Assembly (NCBI GenBank): GCA_963721685.1
Contig: CAVRJJ010000002.1
Coordinates: 8,848-72,847, forward strand
Source: an uncultured bacterium
Lineage (GTDB): Bacteria; Patescibacteriota; Saccharimonadia; UBA4664; SCTI01
Reading direction: 5' to 3'
DNA: 64,000 nt
Shown here: one piece after another, positions 54,463-62,983 of the stretch
Position numbering within the stretch: position 1 is the first letter of the stretch
Layout: every line of letters begins with the position of its first letter
Notes under the pieces: model-generated
Databases searched by the model: none
What the model was told of the DNA's origin: nothing
The model's input: only the letters and a program-made list of their open reading frames with translations
Made by a program: the position numbers and the translations under genes

Positions 54463-55333
54463 TTTTGGGCCTACTGAAATACGCGTACGCGCCTAAGGCA
54501 CCAACAGCCAGAAGCATTAGCAGAAAGGCGGTGGAAGAAAGAACCAGCACATGGCGGGTTGGAAGCTTTTCCGTCTTATCGAAGTAATGCACGGTTCCGC
54601 CTAGCTTAAAGAATCCAAAAGCCGGTGCCTTATCCCACGTTAAAGCAATCCTGCGAGGGGCATTTGGCAAAACTACGAGGTTATTATTGAAACGGTATTT
54701 TTCGTTCCCAAAAAAATCCGTAATTACGTATTTTACATCGGCAAAATAATGGACATTACCGGTGTTGACCATGCGAACGCTGGCTTCAACGGGCGCCCCA
54801 TTTTGCCACATCTTGGCGTTGAAGCTATCGAGCTTACCTACTCTTTCCAAGACACCGTCAACGGTAACGTAAAGGTGCGATCCTACCCGTTTGATGCTGG
54901 CGATTCCGATGGAATTGGGCTTACCTTTAGTGGAAACAAACAGCGCGGCATAGTGGGTGCCCGGGGCGGCATTTTGCGGCACCGTAATGGTGTATCCAAT
55001 ATTTGTTCTCTCTTGCGGTTTTAACGTAAAAGTTGTTTTTTCAAACTGCACCCAGCTTTCCAGCTGCTCCGGGTTGGGGGTGTTGGCATAATTACGCTCA
55101 TACTCTTCATTTTTTATGGTGGCTCCGCCAGCGCTGGTGGTGTATTCGCTTAGTTCGGTACCGTCATTTTTCACCGTTAGCTTACCGGAAATCCTCTGCC
55201 CCGCCTTAACGCTATGCTCGGTATAGGTAGGCGAAACGGCCGCTCCGGTACCAAGTTCAGCCGCCAGTGCTTGCATAGGCACCACAAGCAGCACCAGCGC
55301 CAGAAACAGATACAAAAACTTCGTTACTCTCAT
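54446..55333 (-). CDS. DUF916/DUF3324-like cell-surface protein (CscA-like): signal peptide, two beta-sandwich domains, C-terminal TM anchor with RRR tail
   Basis: - Signal peptide: MRVTKFLYLFLALVLLVVPMQALA.
- …AAVSPTYTEHSVKAGQRISGKLTVKNDGTE…, resembling the DUF916 pattern x-V-x-P-x…K-x-G-Q…V-x-V-x-N.
- C-terminus: VLVLSSTAFLLMLLAVGALGAYAYF-SRPKNVRRR. Confidence 0.5.
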   Translation of the reverse strand: MRVTKFLYLFLALVLLVVPMQALAAELGTGAAVSPTYTEHSVKAGQRISGKLTVKNDGTELSEYTTSAGGATIKNEEYERNYANTPNPEQLESWVQFEKTTFTLKPQERTNIGYTITVPQNAAPGTHYAALFVSTKGKPNSIGIASIKRVGSHLYVTVDGVLERVGKLDSFNAKMWQNGAPVEASVRMVNTGNVHYFADVKYVITDFFGNEKYRFNNNLVVLPNAPRRIALTWDKAPAFGFFKLGGTVHYFDKTEKLPTRHVLVLSSTAFLLMLLAVGALGAYAYFSRPKNVRRR

Positions 55334-55413
55334 TACTAAGATAGTAGCACAAGCATAAGAATTGATTAAATAAAACGTACCGCTTAAGGGCGGTGCGTTT
55401 TATGGATTAAATT

Positions 55414-56022
55414 TTATAGGGCAAGAGCGGTATAAAGCACGGTACCGGTGTAGGTGCCGTTGGGCTTAGTGATATCAGCTTTAGCGCTGTACCACACGGT
55501 GTGGGTATTCCCCGCGTACGGGCCAGTAGCCCGGGCGCTTAGCAACTGAGGTGCGGCGTTTTGTGGAACCAAAGAAAAGGTACGGGATGTACAGTTGGCT
55601 CCGGTAGTTGAGGTGGGGCCAGCCCCAAAGGAACCATGGCTATCTTCGCGCCATCCCCAGGCATTGGTTGGTAATACTGCTGGCGATGCAAAGGTAGCAG
55701 TGGCGTTAGCCAGGGTGTTGGCACCGTTGGCCAAGGTATTTTGGGCAGCTGTGGTGTGAGCCACATTGTTGTCTTGAATAGATAACGAATACCCATTGGC
55801 GGCATTGGTGGTAACGGTTACTGTATCACTAGCGCAAACTTGGTCGGGGCTGGCCGTAGGCGCTAGGTTAATAGTTACGGGCGAGGTGGTTGTAAAGGTT
55901 GAAATCGAACTGGCGATCACCGCGTTCACAACCGTGGTAGCGGTGGCTGCCGAAGCAGCCAAAGGAGCAAGCACGATAGCTGCTGCCCCTAAGGTTAATA
56001 CGGTTTTCCTAGGAACTCTCAT
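55414..56022 (-). CDS. Small secreted WxL-domain-like surface protein (paralogue 1 of a tandem pair)
   Basis: Signal peptide MRVPRKTVLTLGAAAIVLAPLAASA, a Thr/Ala/Asn-rich body, an internal NAWGWREDSHG and a C-terminal KPNGTYTGTVLYTALAL (compare the WxL C-terminal motif GTYTGTVTWTL). It is ~90% identical to 56158..56784. Confidence 0.5.
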   Translation of the reverse strand: MRVPRKTVLTLGAAAIVLAPLAASAATATTVVNAVIASSISTFTTTSPVTINLAPTASPDQVCASDTVTVTTNAANGYSLSIQDNNVAHTTAAQNTLANGANTLANATATFASPAVLPTNAWGWREDSHGSFGAGPTSTTGANCTSRTFSLVPQNAAPQLLSARATGPYAGNTHTVWYSAKADITKPNGTYTGTVLYTALAL

Positions 56023-56157
56023 TTCATGACCCTTTCGACGTTTTCATTATTAGAGGCCACTTCACTTCTTATATAAGACCATAACACAAGCATAAGCATT
56101 AACCTAACAAAAAGCCCGGCTATCCGGGCTTTTTTGCCTTACCGAGAATAAATTACT

Positions 56158-56784
56158 TTACAGGGCGAGGGCCGTGTAAAGTACCGTAGCGGTGTAAGTA
56201 CCGTTCGGCTTGGTACTGTCAGCCTTAGCACTGTACCACACGGTGTGGGTATTCCCCGCGTACGGGCCAGTAGCCCGGGCGCTTAGCAACTGAGGAGCGG
56301 CGTTTTGAGGAACTAATGAGAATGTCGCCGCGGTACAACCTGCGCCGGTGGTGGTGGTAGGACCAGCACCAAAGGTACCATGGCTATCTTCGCGCCATCC
56401 CCAGGAGTTAAGGGGCAATGCTGCTGGTGATGCAAAGGTAGCAGTGGCGTTAGCCAGGGTATTTGCTCCATTAGCCAGGGTGTTCATAGCGGCGGTAGTG
56501 TGAGCTACGTTATTGTCTTGAATCGACAATGAATACCCGTTGGCGGCGTTGGTGCTAACCGTTACCGTATCGCTGGCACAAACTTGGTCTGGGCTGGCCG
56601 TAGGCGCTAGGTTAATAGTTACGGGCGAGGTGGTTGTAAAGGTTGAGATCGAACTGGCGATCACCGCGTTCACAACCGTGGTAGCGGTGGCTGCCGATGC
56701 CGCCAACGGTGCAAACACTATGGCCGCCGCTCCCAGGGTTAATGCTGTTCTTCTTGGCACTTTCATTTTGTTTTTTTCCTTCAT
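56158..56784 (-). CDS. Small secreted WxL-domain-like surface protein (paralogue 2; the likely true start is the MKVPRR Met at ~56766)
   Basis: The architecture matches paralogue 1 (…NSWGWREDSHGTFGAG…KPNGTYTATVLYTALAL). Long identical DNA stretches confirm a tandem duplication, for example cacggtgtgggtattccccgcgtacgggccagtagcccgggcgcttagcaactgagg. Confidence 0.5.
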   Translation of the reverse strand: MKEKNKMKVPRRTALTLGAAAIVFAPLAASAATATTVVNAVIASSISTFTTTSPVTINLAPTASPDQVCASDTVTVSTNAANGYSLSIQDNNVAHTTAAMNTLANGANTLANATATFASPAALPLNSWGWREDSHGTFGAGPTTTTGAGCTAATFSLVPQNAAPQLLSARATGPYAGNTHTVWYSAKADSTKPNGTYTATVLYTALAL

Positions 56785-56904
56785 ACTTAAAAGTGATGGA
56801 TTTATTAGATCTTAAAACAAGAATACAGCAAGCATAAGCTCTTTGTCAATGCTTTTTCTTGATTGCGGTCCCATTGCATAATATATGTATACAACCACGC
56901 TTCA

Positions 56905-59900
56905 CTATTGCGGTGCGAAGTAGTTAAACTCATACAACTGGCCGGAAGCCGGAGCGCTATTGAAGGTCACATTGAGAGTTGTGGTAGTGGCACTCATATG
57001 GGCAGACATATTGGCGCTGACTGTATTGGTAGGACTAAATACAATTTTTGGTGCTGCGCCAAAGGCAGTATTTAAGGTGACACTACATTGGTCTCCGCTG
57101 GATATGCCTGTCCCCCCGGGGGTAATTTGAATCGTGCCGGCGGTATCTGTCCCTGAAACCACGCACGCCCCAGTGGTTCCCGCTGCTGCGGCGGCCGTGC
57201 CAGTGGGGCTGCCACCGCCAGTAATGAGGTGCCCATTGACCGTTAAATTACCTGAAACCGCTAATTGAGCCACAGTCACCGTCATATTGGAGGTATCGGC
57301 GATAAACAGTGGGTTATTATCTTGGTCTTGGATTTGGAACGCGGTGGTGGAATCGCTTGTGTTACGGAATAATTGGTCGTTCCCGGCAAAGACTTGGCTA
57401 TTGCGTGTCAGTAGGGCTACGCTGCTTGAGAGCACACTGTTATTAACTGTTCCGGTGGACAGGTTGCTGGCGTTAAGCCCGCTTAATCCGGAGCCAACAC
57501 CGGTAATAGTCCCAGTGCCAGCATTAATATTGGTGTTGTCGGTATCAATCCCCGCCTCCACATTTAAGGCACCTGTAATAGTTGCTATTCCGTTAACGGT
57601 TAGGGTCGTCGCGCCACCGTCTTGGGAGAGAATGGAGTTAGTTATATTTTGCGAGTTGGAAAACAACGGAATAAAGTTAGCGGTCGCCCCGCTTGAAGTA
57701 ACAGTCCCGCTTGCACAGCCCTGGAAGGTGGGGTTACTACTGGGCCCATTGGAAATCAAACACTGCCCTGCCGATCCCGGAGTTGTAACGCTAACCGGGC
57801 CACTACCATTGCCATAAAGGATGCCGTTAGCGGTAAAACTCGTAACGCCTGTGCCGCCACTGGCAACCGGCAGCGTCCCCGTAAAAGTAATATTTCCGGC
57901 GTTACTAAGCGCGATGTTACCTGACGCTGATACGGCAACCGTCCCGCTCTGGTTTGGTATTACAATCGTGGCGTTCCCGGCGGCGCTTTGGAAGATAAGG
58001 TTGGATGAAAATAAACCGCTGTAGGAGTTGAGGCTAATACTTGTTCCCTGCACTGAGACACCGTTACTGGTAGAGCCTATGGTTAGGCTGCTGGTTGGGG
58101 CAATGGTATTGGTGGTCAAGAACCCTAGCGTGGCGCTAGCAAACGTTGGTGTAGACCCAGTTGCCAAATTTTGCGGCAATGACAGCGTAATGGTAGTGCC
58201 AACGGTCCCCACGCTTACCTGGTCAGCCGTACCGGCCAGAGTTAGCGCTCCAGTTGCCAAGTTAACCGACTGCACACCTGCCACAGCGCTTAAACAGTTT
58301 CCGCTATCCAAACAGACCTCACCACTATCATCCGGCAATGTGATTGACTGGTTGGCGGTCGGTGTGGCAAAGCCTAGTGTTGTAGAAAAAGAGCCATTTG
58401 TGACACTAAACGTTGAGTTATCGGATCCTTGTAGGATGAGTGTTTCACCTGAAGTACCAACAGTTAGGTCTGAGCCATCGCCAACAATGGCATCGGCGGC
58501 TAATGTGCCCGCCACGGTTAAAACTGCGCCCGATTCACTAGCGATGGAATCGGTTAAGGTATTTGTAATAGTGTCGAATTTAACCAGATTACCTGCCGTT
58601 TGGCTAGTACCGCTAGATAGGCCGCTACTCCCCGGACACGAACCAAAGGCCGCCCCGGTTACTGTAGACATCAAGCACTCCCCCGGTGCTATGGCCGCGC
58701 CGCCGCTGGCATCGAGCTGGACCAGCTCACCATCGCCATTAAAGGTGTTCCCCTGGGTAGTTATGCCAGCGCCCAAGCTAACCACACCGCCAGTTACACT
58801 AAAATCAGCACTATCAAACTGGGCAATCCCTTTAGCTGATGTAGAAGCGTCATCAATAGTGATGGTAGTTGCGTTTATTGCGCTCGAATTATTGAGCGTA
58901 ATAATGCCGCTAATGCCATTAACCGAGGCGACGCCGCCGCCGGCTGATTCAATCGTGATAGTTCCACCCGGCACGTCATTGACAATATTAATCCCACTGC
59001 CCGCCAGCACAGTCACTGAATTGGTAATGCCGTTGACATCGGTTACACCGGATCCGCCGCCGCTACCATCACTGGTAAGGCAGGTTAAGCAGGTTATGTC
59101 CCCAAGAGCATTGAGTGAAATTGCACCTGAAGCCGAAACCGCCACTAAACCGGAAGCGTCGGGAATCACTATGCTATTTACGCCGGTGGGGGCGTCAAAG
59201 CTAAGCGTTGTACTATTTACTCCGCTTGTCCCACTCAGCGTTGTGGTGGACGCAAATCCCTGGAGTGTCAGTGACTGGCTGGTACTGCCCACGGTAAGTG
59301 CCGCGGAGGGATTAATGCTGGTAAGCGCGGTTAAGCTGGTTATATCGGCGTTAGCCCCCAGCTCGGCAGCTCCCAAATTTGTTCGCGCCCCTAAGGCCGT
59401 GGTGGCACCTGTGCCGCCTTTCAGCAACGAGACCGTACCCAAACTCACCGCTCCGGCGGTAACCGAGAAATCGGTGGCGCTGAAGGAAGCGATTCCCTTA
59501 GCCAGGGTTGTAGCGTTATCAATCGTAATAGCCGTCCCCACACCTGAACTGTTGTTGATGGTTAAGGCCCCAACCAAGCCCTCCACGCTTGTCACGCCAG
59601 AACCGGTTGTCGCGTAGCCACAGTTGTTTGTCGATAGACAAACAGTGCCGCTATCGTTGGGGAGGGAGATTGTTCGGTTTGCCGTGGGCGGGATGAAGTT
59701 AAATGTTGTGGTAAAGGCTCCGGACCGGGCACTCAGGGAGGTCGCGGCGTTTCCCTGCAAGGTAAGGCTTTGGCTGGTTGAGCCAATCGCTAAGGCTGCT
59801 CCAGGGGTAATGGCGGTCAGCCCGGTAAGGGAGGTGATGTCGCTGTTTAGCCCACTCGCGGCCGCGCCAAGGTTGGTGCGCGCCCCACTAGCGGTTGCAG

Positions 59901-61095
59901 CGTTCGTACCACCTTTAGCTATTGGCACCACATTTAGGCTGACCGCCCCGCCTGCTAGAAGAAAATCAGTTGCGCTGAAGGAGGCTATGCCTTTCGTTGT
60001 GGTTGTCGCATCATCAATCGTAATAGTTGTGCCCACCGCGGTGGCGTTGGCAATATCCAACGCTCCGCTTACGCCATTAAGGCTGGTTACCGAAGCCGTA
60101 CCGCTGCAAGAGCCAAATACCGGGGCGGTAGCCGTACTTACCAAGCACAATCCCGGTCCGGCAGCAGCGACAGTACTGATAGGGCCGGAACCGTTGCCCA
60201 GCAATACCCCATTGGCCGTTAAACTGTTAACCCCGGTTCCTCCGCTGGCAACCGCTAAGGCCGTCCCCAGGTTCAGTCCGTTAAAGGTGGGCGACGAGCT
60301 GGGGGCGATGCTTTGAGGCAGACTTAGTACAATATTTCCGGTGGACTGATTAACGCTGATTTGCCCGGGACTCCCACTTAATGCCGTGACGCCGGTGTTT
60401 GCGATGGTTAACCCATTAATCGCGATACCCCCACCGGCGCTAAAACTCAGGGCGCCGGTTTGGCCCTGTACGCTGAGCACTGCGCTGGTTGGAGCGGTTG
60501 AACTTAACACACCGCCAGCTACACTTAAACCGCTGCCTACCGCGATATCGCCGCTTAAACCGCCAATTGAATTAACCCGCTGACTGTTATCGGCGAGATT
60601 AATGAAGCTGGTGCCGTTATAGTAATACAACTGGCGGTCGGCCTGGGACAAATAGAGCTGTCCTACGATAGGCGCGGCCGGCTGTTCGCCCGGGGTTATC
60701 ACCGCCGAATCGTTAATTCGCAGCTGCCCGTTAATTTGTAGCTGTTGACTTTTATCCAAGCTCAGCTCACCGTTACGGGCGAACTCACCGAGCGACAAGC
60801 TGGTAACTTTATAGCTTGAGGCGCTTGATGCCGGGTCGTCACTTCCCCGGCCCTGGGTGAGCACCACGAAAGCGGCTATTGCCAGAAAGATGAGAAGAGT
60901 TATAACTCCGGCAATAATGGTAGCGGAATGGCCAAAAAAGCGATGATGCCGACCCGATGGCGGCACATCCGGCCCGGACCCCAGCGGGTTTAAGCTTGTT
61001 ACCGGCTGGGGGGTAGCAATGCTGCTCGCTACTCCTGAGGCCAGGTTGACTGGATCAACCGAAGACGAGGGCGATATTGAATCCCTTGGCATCAT
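56905..61095 (-). CDS. Giant (1396 aa) membrane-anchored tail-fibre-like surface protein with repeated K-G-G-T-G-A-T-x-A-x-G-A-R-T-N-L-G-A-A motifs
   Basis: - Signal-anchor: HSATIIAGVITLLIFLAIAAFVVL.
- Three copies of the module …TKGIASFSATDF…AGGAVSL…IAKGGTNAATASGARTNLGAA… (second copy LLKGGTGATTALGARTNLGAA), as seen in phage tail-fibre and related fibrous proteins.
- The module recurs: FQIQDQDNNPLFIADTSNMTV.
- Gly/Ser/Thr-rich beta composition throughout. Confidence 0.65.
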   Translation of the reverse strand: MMPRDSISPSSSVDPVNLASGVASSIATPQPVTSLNPLGSGPDVPPSGRHHRFFGHSATIIAGVITLLIFLAIAAFVVLTQGRGSDDPASSASSYKVTSLSLGEFARNGELSLDKSQQLQINGQLRINDSAVITPGEQPAAPIVGQLYLSQADRQLYYYNGTSFINLADNSQRVNSIGGLSGDIAVGSGLSVAGGVLSSTAPTSAVLSVQGQTGALSFSAGGGIAINGLTIANTGVTALSGSPGQISVNQSTGNIVLSLPQSIAPSSSPTFNGLNLGTALAVASGGTGVNSLTANGVLLGNGSGPISTVAAAGPGLCLVSTATAPVFGSCSGTASVTSLNGVSGALDIANATAVGTTITIDDATTTTKGIASFSATDFLLAGGAVSLNVVPIAKGGTNAATASGARTNLGAAASGLNSDITSLTGLTAITPGAALAIGSTSQSLTLQGNAATSLSARSGAFTTTFNFIPPTANRTISLPNDSGTVCLSTNNCGYATTGSGVTSVEGLVGALTINNSSGVGTAITIDNATTLAKGIASFSATDFSVTAGAVSLGTVSLLKGGTGATTALGARTNLGAAELGANADITSLTALTSINPSAALTVGSTSQSLTLQGFASTTTLSGTSGVNSTTLSFDAPTGVNSIVIPDASGLVAVSASGAISLNALGDITCLTCLTSDGSGGGSGVTDVNGITNSVTVLAGSGINIVNDVPGGTITIESAGGGVASVNGISGIITLNNSSAINATTITIDDASTSAKGIAQFDSADFSVTGGVVSLGAGITTQGNTFNGDGELVQLDASGGAAIAPGECLMSTVTGAAFGSCPGSSGLSSGTSQTAGNLVKFDTITNTLTDSIASESGAVLTVAGTLAADAIVGDGSDLTVGTSGETLILQGSDNSTFSVTNGSFSTTLGFATPTANQSITLPDDSGEVCLDSGNCLSAVAGVQSVNLATGALTLAGTADQVSVGTVGTTITLSLPQNLATGSTPTFASATLGFLTTNTIAPTSSLTIGSTSNGVSVQGTSISLNSYSGLFSSNLIFQSAAGNATIVIPNQSGTVAVSASGNIALSNAGNITFTGTLPVASGGTGVTSFTANGILYGNGSGPVSVTTPGSAGQCLISNGPSSNPTFQGCASGTVTSSGATANFIPLFSNSQNITNSILSQDGGATTLTVNGIATITGALNVEAGIDTDNTNINAGTGTITGVGSGLSGLNASNLSTGTVNNSVLSSSVALLTRNSQVFAGNDQLFRNTSDSTTAFQIQDQDNNPLFIADTSNMTVTVAQLAVSGNLTVNGHLITGGGSPTGTAAAAAGTTGACVVSGTDTAGTIQITPGGTGISSGDQCSVTLNTAFGAAPKIVFSPTNTVSANMSAHMSATTTTLNVTFNSAPASGQLYEFNYFAPQ

Positions 61096-61238
61096 CGGTT
61101 AAACCCTCTGTGCTTTCCAGATGTGTAAATAACTCCACGCATTACGATTAATCATAACGCTTATGCCTGTATGATGCAAACCTGTTACGCTTATGCGCGC
61201 CTGAGCGCCCGCGCGAACTATATATTACTACCTGGACC

Positions 61239-62063
61239 TTAGCCCGTAATCACCAAATATGAGGCGCCGCAGGCAACCAGCAAGATAACCAGCCCCGTGC
61301 CGAGAATTCGGGCAAGCGCGCGAAAGATGTGGGCTTTAGCCAACGGATTACGGCCAACGGCGATTAAGGTACTGCGAATCCCGGAAAATAAGATAAATCC
61401 AACGATGGCCAAGGCGACCAAAAGCAATCCCGTCGCCAGCAGAACCCGGATTATCGCTACCGGCTTACCGGCAATGACATCGGCAATTTTCTGTAAAAAT
61501 ATCGGATAAGGCGTTTTTTTCACTGGCGGAACGAAGTAAGCGACTTCAAGCACCACCGGCACCGTTGAAATCTGAACCGTCTTCTTGGAGCCGTCATGGG
61601 ATGTAAGGGTGGTTGTGGTGGTACCTACCGCCGGTGCGTCGGCTTCGGCCACCCCAATGCATTTACCCTCGGCTACGGCCTTCATGCCTACCCCCTTGAT
61701 GGGCGAAGCGGCAATTAAGTCTCCGGCTTTCACCCGACCGCCTAAATCTGAAACGATAGCGGTGGTCTTGCCGCTGGTGGCCACCTGTAGCTCATCGCTG
61801 GGGCTGGCTACCTCCAGGTTGGCGCTGCGGTTTGCCACCACAATGCCAATCAGCGCGTCAGACATTGTGGCATCTGCCGCGACAACTTGGCTCTGGTCAT
61901 CCTTGGATTGAGCTACCAGCGTTCCGGGAACAAGTTCCGAGCTGCCGCGGTAACCATGGCTAACAGCGGCAGCCAAAACCTGCAAAGGCAATGCTACCGC
62001 CAAAAGCAGTACAACGCCAATTAGAATTCTTGCCGCGAACTGCGTCCGAACTTGGGCAGCCAC
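61239..62063 (-). CDS. Hypothetical bitopic/polytopic membrane protein (N-terminal TM, extracytoplasmic SAF-like middle, C-terminal TM pair)
   Basis: The track ORF 61239..62213 begins inside tRNA-Pro. The plausible start is a GTG at ~62061 (…LEVKVAAQVRTQFAARILIGVVLLLAVALP…), preceded by GGAGG and a TATAAT-like box at ~62087-62092 on the minus strand. Confidence 0.45.
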   Translation of the reverse strand: MAAQVRTQFAARILIGVVLLLAVALPLQVLAAAVSHGYRGSSELVPGTLVAQSKDDQSQVVAADATMSDALIGIVVANRSANLEVASPSDELQVATSGKTTAIVSDLGGRVKAGDLIAASPIKGVGMKAVAEGKCIGVAEADAPAVGTTTTTLTSHDGSKKTVQISTVPVVLEVAYFVPPVKKTPYPIFLQKIADVIAGKPVAIIRVLLATGLLLVALAIVGFILFSGIRSTLIAVGRNPLAKAHIFRALARILGTGLVILLVACGASYLVITG

Positions 62064-62143
62064 TTTCACCTCCAGGCACTGTTCATAGGGGTTTATTATA
62101 CCAGTTACGCTTTCGGTTTGGCTAGCGGTAAAAAAATAACTGC

Positions 62144-62219
62144 TGGTCGGGGTGAGAGGACTTGAACCTCCGGCCTCAGCAACCCGAATGCTGCGCGCTA
62201 CCAACTGCGCCACACCCCG
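62144..62219 (-). tRNA. tRNA-Pro (anticodon CGG)
   Basis: The reverse complement reads CGGGGTG-TG-GCGC-AGTTGGTA-GCGC-G-CAGCA-TTCGGGT-TGCTG-AGGCC-GGAGG-TTCAAGT-CCTCT-CACCCCG-A-CCA. The C1:G72 pair is typical of bacterial tRNA-Pro, all stems pair, and the anticodon loop is UU-CGG-GU. Confidence 0.9.
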
Positions 62220-62398
62220 CTAACCTTGGTTATTCTAGCGAAAAACCCGAAGGCACTCAAGAAATGGCCGGACATCGTTAGGCCTGAAGGCCCTGCCGCT
62301 TCTAGGATACCACCCCGCCATGCTCGCTAACGTTGCACCGCGGGTGCACCTCTTAACGCGACACCCGCAGATAGTTGAAAAAGCCTAATGTAGTGTTA

Positions 62399-62983
62399 TT
62401 ACAACCAAAATGGTTTAGCAGGTCGAATCTGCCGTCTTCTCGGCCTGCTGGGCCGAAAATGCTTAGCCACTATTTCCGGCCAATAGGTTTTAAGCCACTT
62501 TTTTTGTTGTAAATACAGATGCTCAAGTCCGCGTTCAGCGTACTCCGCCCGGATAATCCCCCCGGCATGGGGGTGGGCGTGCGTCTGCTCTAAAGGTGAG
62601 TTAAAGCCATGGGCATAATGAATTAATTCATGAACCAGCGTAGCGATAACTACAAATTCCGGAATTTCCGCTGAACGGAACAATCCGTTCATGGTAATTA
62701 TTGAAACCGAAGGGTCGCTCCGATCAAGCCGGATTGAGCCGAGCTGGCGCTTGGCAATGCGGCCAAACTGGATGCGCACAATATTATTTTGCGGGACCTC
62801 GCTAAAATACCTGTCCCAGGTTTCATCAAGGATCTGCTGCAACCAATACTCATCACGCACGGGCACGCTCCAACTGTTGCTCACCCTCTTCGCCGGTGCC
62901 GTAATAGCGGATCGCGGCGCACTGATGAATATTAGATACTTTGGGGGCAAACGACCGCTCCCGTATAGCCGCGGCCAGTTCAC
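62399..62983 (-). CDS. YgjP/SprT-like (DUF45) HExxH metal-dependent hydrolase
   Basis: The HExxH motif is embedded as VIATLVHELIHYAH, with DUF45-like context (…IVRIQFGRIAKRQLGSIRLDRSDPSVSIITMNGL…). The 5' end overlaps the upstream ORF by ~130 nt, so the real start is probably internal. Confidence 0.6.
   Translation of the reverse strand: MNWPRLYGSGRLPPKYLIFISAPRSAITAPAKRVSNSWSVPVRDEYWLQQILDETWDRYFSEVPQNNIVRIQFGRIAKRQLGSIRLDRSDPSVSIITMNGLFRSAEIPEFVVIATLVHELIHYAHGFNSPLEQTHAHPHAGGIIRAEYAERGLEHLYLQQKKWLKTYWPEIVAKHFRPSRPRRRQIRPAKPFWL

Noticed and set aside
62064-62213. 5' extension of ORF 61239..62213.
   Set aside because: It overlaps tRNA-Pro (62144-62219). An internal GTG with GGAGG at ~62061 is the plausible start.
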